Source of the DNA: Thermoanaerobaculaceae bacterium
GTDB lineage: Bacteria; Acidobacteriota; Thermoanaerobaculia; Multivoradales; UBA5704
Reading direction: 5' to 3'
Assembly: GCA_963717295.1 (NCBI GenBank)
Contig: OY970330.1
Span: forward strand, 2,248,538 to 2,312,537
DNA length: 64,000 nucleotides
In this document: in pieces, positions 58,561-64,000 of the stretch
Layout: each line of letters starts with the position of its first letter
Numbering within the stretch: the stretch's first letter is position 1
Program-made: the position numbers and the translations under genes
Notes under the pieces: generated by a model
Seen by the model: the letters and a program-made list of their open reading frames with translations, nothing else
Told to the model about the DNA's origin: nothing
Databases searched by the model: none

Positions 58561-59318
58561 ATGCGCTGTAGCTCCAAGGCCGTTCTGGCCGCGTTCGGTC
58601 TCGCTTTTATCGCGCTGTCTTCAACAGGCTTCGCGAAAGAGACCGCTTTGCCCGTCCGGCTCGTGACGCCGCAGGCGGGGGCGGCGCTCATCGCCGGCTC
58701 AACGGCCGAGGTCGAGTGGGCTCCGGTCGCGGGGTTCGCGGGGCTCCCGAAGAGCGAGGAGTGGGAGGCGTTCCTCAGCGTCGACGGCGGGGCGACGTAT
58801 CCGGTGCGGATCACGCCGCATCTGGATTCGGACCTCCGGCGCTTCCGCTTCCTGGTCCCCCCCATTCCCACGGCGGACGCGCGCATCCTGTTGCGCTTCG
58901 GCGACGAGCGCCGGGAGACCGCCTTCGAGCTGCCGGTGCGCTTCGCGATTACGGCGGCGCCGGTTGCCATCCCCCAAGAGATGTTCCCGCTCGCCCGGAC
59001 GGCCTTCGCCGCGGGCGAGCCGGCCCTTCCCGGCCACGCGGGCGTCGTCTCCTGGATCGAAGGCTCTCGCCGCGGTGTCGAGCTGCGCCAGGTCGTCGCG
59101 GCCGAGGCTCCCGGCTTTCATGCGCAGCCCTCCCTGACGGAGACGCACGCCGAGTCCGCGGTCCTCGACACCGCCCCGGCGCAGTCTCAGGATGCCTTTT
59201 AGGAACCGGCTCGGCTTCGGCTCCCTTCGCCCCCTGCCGGCCCCTTTTCGCCCGGGCCGGCACCGGCCCAGCCCTCTTCGCCGACATCCTCCTCCTGACC
59301 CAGCGGCAGAACGAATAG
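58561..59318 (+). CDS. Secreted hypothetical protein upstream of the TonB receptor (probable frameshift near 59200)
   Basis: Signal peptide; EEWEAFLSVDGGATYPVRITPHLD. The ORF stops at 59202 after a T-run; another frame continues to LLLTQRQNE* at 59318. Confidence 0.6.
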
Positions 59319-59410
59319 ACCCGGGGCTCTTTCCTCGCCCTGGTCAAGCCGGGCCGTCCCTCGTGGGGACCGCCTGATCGTTCATGGTTCTTCTCAGGAG
59401 GAGTTTTCGC

Positions 59411-62251
59411 ATGTCTGTTTTCAGGACGATCCGTTCCGGTTTTGTCTTCTGTGCTCTCTTCTCGATTCCGTTGGCAGCCGCTCAGGCGCAGACTCCCGGG
59501 ACCGGCGCCGTCCGGGGCCGGGTCCACGACCCGGCCGGCGCTCCCATCAACGGCGCCGAGGTCACGGTTACCAACGAGGCGACCGGCTTCTCGCGCACGG
59601 CGCACACCGACGCCCAGGGGCTCTACACCCTGCCCTCGCTACCGCTGACGGGGACCTACCGCATCCACGTCGCCCACGAGGGCTTGGCGGCCCAGGAGCA
59701 GGCGGGAATCCAGCTTCGCGGCGGCCAGACGGCGGCCATCGACGTGGTGCTGAACCCCGCGGCCGTGGAGGCGGCGATCACCGTCTACGGCACGGCGTCC
59801 GGCGTGGCGGCCGATTCGCCGCAGCTCGGCAACCGCTTCGACGCCACGAAGATCCAGGAGACCCCGATCCTCGGCCGCAAGGTCACCTCCTTGCCGCTGC
59901 TCAACTCGGCGGTGCGCTCGGCGCGCGGCACGGGCGACCTGTTCCTCGGCGAGACCCTGTTCGTGATTGATGGCGGCGGCCGGCGCCAGCAGACCTACAC
60001 GGTGGACGGCAGCACGGCGGACGACGCCTGGGGCCGGCAGACGATCTTCACCGCCATGCCTCTCGCCTCGATCCAGGAGCTCACCGTGCTCACCAACAGC
60101 TTCTCCGCCGAGTACGGACGCAGCGCCGGCGGCGCCATCAACCTCGTCACCCGCACCGGCACCAACGATCTTCACGGCGACATCGTGGCACTCTCGCGGC
60201 CCGGCGGCCTGCAGTCGAACGCGCCGGTGACGAATCAGAAATCGCACGACGAGCTGAAGCAGGGGAGCATCTACCTTTCCGGACCGATCGTGCGCGACAA
60301 GGCCTACTGGTCGGTGGCCGGCGAGTACAACGATCAGGACCGCGACTCGGTCATCACCTCGCCGCTGGCGCCCGGCGTCTTCACCGGCCACTACAAACAA
60401 AAGCTTTTCTATTTTCGCGCCGACGACGATCTGAGCTCGCGGAACCATCTGTTCGGCCGCTACAACCTCGACCGCTTCACCGACTCCAACCCCCAGGACG
60501 TCGTGGGTGGCAACACGCTGCCGAGCGCCGGACGGACGTTCCGCCGCAACACCCAGGCGTTGCAGATCGGCGACACCGCCGTGCTGAGCGCCGAGGCCTA
60601 CAACGACGCGCGGCTGGTGTGGCAGGACGGCGATCCGATCACGCAGTTCACGCCCCTGAACCTCTCCACCCAGTTCGTGCGCACGGGCGTCTCAACCGAG
60701 GGAGAGTCGCGCCTGGCGCGGCTCACCAACCGGCAGACGCAGCTCGCCGACACGGTCTCCCTGGCCTTTGGCAACCATTTCCTCAAACTGGGCGGCGACT
60801 ACGAGCACTCCCGCTCGGGGGGCAACGGCCAGGAGTTCGGCGCTCCCTTCATCCTCGGCCAGTTCACTTTCAAGCCGGGAATCTCGCCGGCCATCCCCAC
60901 CTCGCAGCTCACGATCGGCGACGTGCAACGGTTCACTCAGGGCTTCGGCAACGTCAACTACTCGGTGTCCGAGAATCTCTGGTCTCTCTTCGTTCAGGAC
61001 GACTACCGCCTGCGCAGCAACCTCGTCGTCAACCTCGGCCTGCGCTATGACCGGCAGGACCTGACCGACGACACCAACAACGTCGCGCCGCGGCTCGGCT
61101 TCGCCTGGAGCCCGGGCAACGACGGCAAGACCACGATCCGCGGCGGCTATGGCATCTACTACTCCGAGGTGCAGGCCAACATCGACGCCAGCTGGGAGCT
61201 CGCGGGCCCCACCGGCTTCTTCAACTTCAGCGCCGCTCCCGGGCAGCTCGGCTTCCCCACCTCGCTCGCTCCCCTGCCCGCCTTCCCGGCCGGCGCCATT
61301 CTGCCGGCGCGCGACGTCACCGTCCGCCCCGGCCGCGGCGGCTTCTACAGCCAGTTCTTCGACGTCTCGAAGCTCCCCGGCTATGCCGACAGCTTCAACA
61401 ATCCGCGCACCGTCCAGACGACGCTCGGCTTTGAGCGCCAACTCGGAGACCACTTGATCCTGAGCGTCGACGGCGTGCACGCGAACACCACGGACATCGT
61501 CCGCAATCTCGACCTCAACGCCCCGGCCGAATTCTTGCGCACGGCTCCAGGCCAGGTGCGCGCGGCCACGGTCGCCGATCCGACGCGGCCCATCGTTCCG
61601 GTTCCCAACGGCTACCGGCGGATCATCGGCACCGTCAACAACGGCGAGAGCAAGTACGATGGCCTGCAGCTCAATCTCCGCAAGGATTTCGCCGGCCGCG
61701 GCCAGATGCTGCTGAGCTACACCTGGTCGCACACCCGCAACAACGTCGAGGCGGACGCGCCGGGCGGCGATCCCAACGACGCGCACGAGCTGAGCAAGGA
61801 GTGGGCGGACAGCCTGCTCGACCAGCGCCACCGCGCCGTGCTCAGCGGCTGGGTGGGCCTGCCGTTCGCGCTACGCTTCGGCGGCGTCGGCGAATACGCC
61901 ACCGGCCGGCCCTACAACATCACCACCGGCGTCGACAACAACGGCGACGGCGCCAACACGGACCGGCCGGTGATCAATGGCCACGTGATCGGCCGCAACG
62001 CCGGCCGCGGCGGCGACCTCTACCAGATCACCCTCTTCCTGGAGCGGGATTTCTCCCTGGGCTTCGGCACGCTCGGCCTGCGCGGCGAGGTGTTCAACGT
62101 CACCAATCACCAGAACGTCGTGGGCTACAACGGCGTCTTCGGCAACGATCCCTCGGGCACGCCGCTCGCGACCTTCGGCCAGCCGCTCGGCGGCCTCGCC
62201 AACGTCGATCCCAGCCGCCAGTGGCAGTTCCAGGCGCGGTTCCGTTTCTGA
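59411..62251 (+). CDS. TonB-dependent receptor (Oar-like)
   Basis: RBS AGGAGG; SAEYGRSAGGAINLVTRTG, APRLGFAW and C-terminal QARFRF. Confidence 0.93.
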   Translation: MSVFRTIRSGFVFCALFSIPLAAAQAQTPGTGAVRGRVHDPAGAPINGAEVTVTNEATGFSRTAHTDAQGLYTLPSLPLTGTYRIHVAHEGLAAQEQAGIQLRGGQTAAIDVVLNPAAVEAAITVYGTASGVAADSPQLGNRFDATKIQETPILGRKVTSLPLLNSAVRSARGTGDLFLGETLFVIDGGGRRQQTYTVDGSTADDAWGRQTIFTAMPLASIQELTVLTNSFSAEYGRSAGGAINLVTRTGTNDLHGDIVALSRPGGLQSNAPVTNQKSHDELKQGSIYLSGPIVRDKAYWSVAGEYNDQDRDSVITSPLAPGVFTGHYKQKLFYFRADDDLSSRNHLFGRYNLDRFTDSNPQDVVGGNTLPSAGRTFRRNTQALQIGDTAVLSAEAYNDARLVWQDGDPITQFTPLNLSTQFVRTGVSTEGESRLARLTNRQTQLADTVSLAFGNHFLKLGGDYEHSRSGGNGQEFGAPFILGQFTFKPGISPAIPTSQLTIGDVQRFTQGFGNVNYSVSENLWSLFVQDDYRLRSNLVVNLGLRYDRQDLTDDTNNVAPRLGFAWSPGNDGKTTIRGGYGIYYSEVQANIDASWELAGPTGFFNFSAAPGQLGFPTSLAPLPAFPAGAILPARDVTVRPGRGGFYSQFFDVSKLPGYADSFNNPRTVQTTLGFERQLGDHLILSVDGVHANTTDIVRNLDLNAPAEFLRTAPGQVRAATVADPTRPIVPVPNGYRRIIGTVNNGESKYDGLQLNLRKDFAGRGQMLLSYTWSHTRNNVEADAPGGDPNDAHELSKEWADSLLDQRHRAVLSGWVGLPFALRFGGVGEYATGRPYNITTGVDNNGDGANTDRPVINGHVIGRNAGRGGDLYQITLFLERDFSLGFGTLGLRGEVFNVTNHQNVVGYNGVFGNDPSGTPLATFGQPLGGLANVDPSRQWQFQARFRF

Positions 62252-62253
62252 AG

Positions 62254-62979
62254 ATGAAGGACTCCATACCTCTCCTCGCCGTCCGGGAGATCGTCAAGAG
62301 CTACGGCCCGCGCCGGGTGCTCGACGCGGTCAGCTTCACCGTGCGGCCGGGGGAGGTGCTGGGGCTCATCGGCCCCAACGGCGCGGGCAAGACGACGCTC
62401 TTCGAAGGCCTCGCCGGCCTCCTTCCCATGGACTCCGGCGAGGTCCGCGGCGCCACGGGCAAGCCCCTCGCTCCGGCCGAGCGGAGCCGCGAGATATTCT
62501 ACGTGCCGGACGGTATTTCCCCGTGGCCGGATCAGCCGGTCTGCCGCGTGCTGCTTTTCTTTCGCGATCTTTGGGGAAACGACAGGCCGGTCGCCGCGGT
62601 CGTCGACGCGCTCCAGCTACGGCCTTTGCTCTCGGCGCCCGTGCGCTCGCTGTCCAAAGGGGAACGCAAAAGGTTTCTCATCGCGCTCGGGCTTCTCGCT
62701 CCGCAGCCTCTGCTGATGCTCGACGAGCCGTTCGACGGGCTCGACCTGCGGCAGACCCGCGAGGCGATGGCGATCCTGCGCAACGAGGCGGCGCGGGGAC
62801 GCACGCTCTTTCTTTCCATTCACCAGCTCACCGATGCCGGCCGCGCCTGCGACCGTTTCGTGCTGCTCGCCGATGGGCGCGTGGCCGGCGAAGGGACGCT
62901 CCCCGAGCTGCGTAAGAGAGCGGGCGTTCCCGACGTAGCCGGCGCAGGTGTCGAGGAGGTGTTCCTCGCGCTCACGTAG
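62254..62979 (+). CDS. ABC transporter ATP-binding protein
   Basis: GPNGAGKTT, LSKGE, LMLDEPFDGLD and SIH motifs. Confidence 0.92.
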   Translation: MKDSIPLLAVREIVKSYGPRRVLDAVSFTVRPGEVLGLIGPNGAGKTTLFEGLAGLLPMDSGEVRGATGKPLAPAERSREIFYVPDGISPWPDQPVCRVLLFFRDLWGNDRPVAAVVDALQLRPLLSAPVRSLSKGERKRFLIALGLLAPQPLLMLDEPFDGLDLRQTREAMAILRNEAARGRTLFLSIHQLTDAGRACDRFVLLADGRVAGEGTLPELRKRAGVPDVAGAGVEEVFLALT

Positions 62980-64000
62980 GACGTTTGCCCTGTTCGCCCT
63001 GGAGTGGCGGGAGCTGCTGGCGTCGCGCTCCTGGTGGCTGCTGCTCGCCCTCACCGGCCCGCTGGTGGGCCAGGCCTTCATCACCGCGGTCAATACGTAT
63101 GCCGAGGTGAGCGGCGCGGGAGGCGGGCCGGCCGCCTTGGCTCAAGGATTAAGCCCGCTCGATGGCCTTGTCGTGCCCACGCTGGGCGCCTACGCCCTGG
63201 TGGCCACGTTCTTGCTGCCTTTCGTCGCCATCCGTCTCGTCGCCACCGAGCGGGAGAGCGGCGCCGCCAAGCTGCTGGCGCAGTTCGTGCCGGCCGGGCT
63301 CGCCCCGCGGCTCGCCGTCAAGGCGGGCGTGCTCCTGCTGGGCTGGCTCGTGGCCATGATTCCGGCGATCTTCGCCCTCCTTCTCTGGCGCCTTTACGGC
63401 GGTCATCTCGATTTCGCCGAGACCGCCAACGTCCTGCTCGGCCACCTGCTGGTCGCCCTGCTCACGATCGCGGTCGCCGTGGCCGCCGCCGCGGTCTGCC
63501 GCAGCAGCGCCAGCGCCGCCATCGTCACTCTCGGCTTCACGGTGGGCACCTGGGCGCTGGCCTTCGTCGCCGAGGGCCGGGAGGGTCTCCTCGCCCGCCT
63601 CGCCCCGTTCACCCCCGAGGCCGCTTTGCGTACCTTCGAGCATGGCGAGCTGCGGCTGGCGGTGGTGGCCGTCGTCGCTCTCGCGAGCCTCGCCGGCTTC
63701 GCCTTCGCGGGGCTCTGGATGGATCCCTTCCGCACGGTGCCCTCGCGCGCCGTGCGCTCAGGCACCCTCATCCTGCTCGCCCTCGGCGGCGCCGCGCTCG
63801 CCTCGTCGTGGCGGCAGGGCTGGGACCTCTCGGAGGACCGGCGGGGCTCGTTGCCCCGGGCGGACGAGGCCGCCCTGCGGCACCTCCGGCGACCCGTCCG
63901 CGTCACCGTGCATCTCTCACCGGAGGACCCGAAGCGGACGGACCTCGAGATCAACGTCCTCGCCAAGCTGCGCCGGGTGCTGCCGGACTTCGCCGTCGAC
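62948..64000 (+). CDS. ABC transporter permease (partial; runs off the window end)
   Basis: Frame from GTG 62948 reads ..FALEWRELLASRSWW..ERESGA..WDLSEDRRGS; multi-TM. Confidence 0.8.
   Translation, partial: MSRRCSSRSRRTFALFALEWRELLASRSWWLLLALTGPLVGQAFITAVNTYAEVSGAGGGPAALAQGLSPLDGLVVPTLGAYALVATFLLPFVAIRLVATERESGAAKLLAQFVPAGLAPRLAVKAGVLLLGWLVAMIPAIFALLLWRLYGGHLDFAETANVLLGHLLVALLTIAVAVAAAAVCRSSASAAIVTLGFTVGTWALAFVAEGREGLLARLAPFTPEAALRTFEHGELRLAVVAVVALASLAGFAFAGLWMDPFRTVPSRAVRSGTLILLALGGAALASSWRQGWDLSEDRRGSLPRADEAALRHLRRPVRVTVHLSPEDPKRTDLEINVLAKLRRVLPDFAVD

Noticed and set aside
52820-59202. Programmed frameshifting or phase variation at ~52820, ~54968, ~57750 and ~59200
   Set aside because: All are single-base shifts in short homopolymers within otherwise intact genes. 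Long-read indel error is the simpler explanation and needs read polishing to test.

Overview
High-GC bacterial window. Gene content (Oar-like TonB receptors, ABC-permease/M1 peptidase fusion, SpoIIE phosphatase, PD40 propellers) suggests Acidobacteriota/Thermoanaerobaculia; this is an inference. No rRNA, tRNA, canonical CRISPR or integron integrase was seen. Main blocks: (1) 1-19.7 kb is an accessory mosaic. Single genes, including five small secreted Cys-rich peptides, are separated by a co-oriented hairpin repeat (CCAAAAAGACACAGGCACCTGTTTTGG; 11 copies in the window plus 2 variants). It also holds remnants of a RAYT-like HUH transposase, an IS91 remnant and attC-like sites. (2) Two dispersed modules consist of a ~100-bp leader, a ~128-aa helical protein and a phased palindrome array (12x42 bp at 15.8 kb; 6x~63 bp at 56.2 kb). 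(3) VapBC (toxin starts with CTG) and RES/Xre toxin-antitoxin pairs. (4) A 15-kb locus has two giant MnxG-like multicopper oxidases around a beta-propeller, two SCO proteins and a cytochrome c/solute-binding fusion, with a divergent two-component system. (5) A low-GC patch at 52-55.4 kb. (6) PD40, TonB receptor and ABC transporter genes at the end. Several single-base frameshifts in homopolymers suggest long-read assembly errors.
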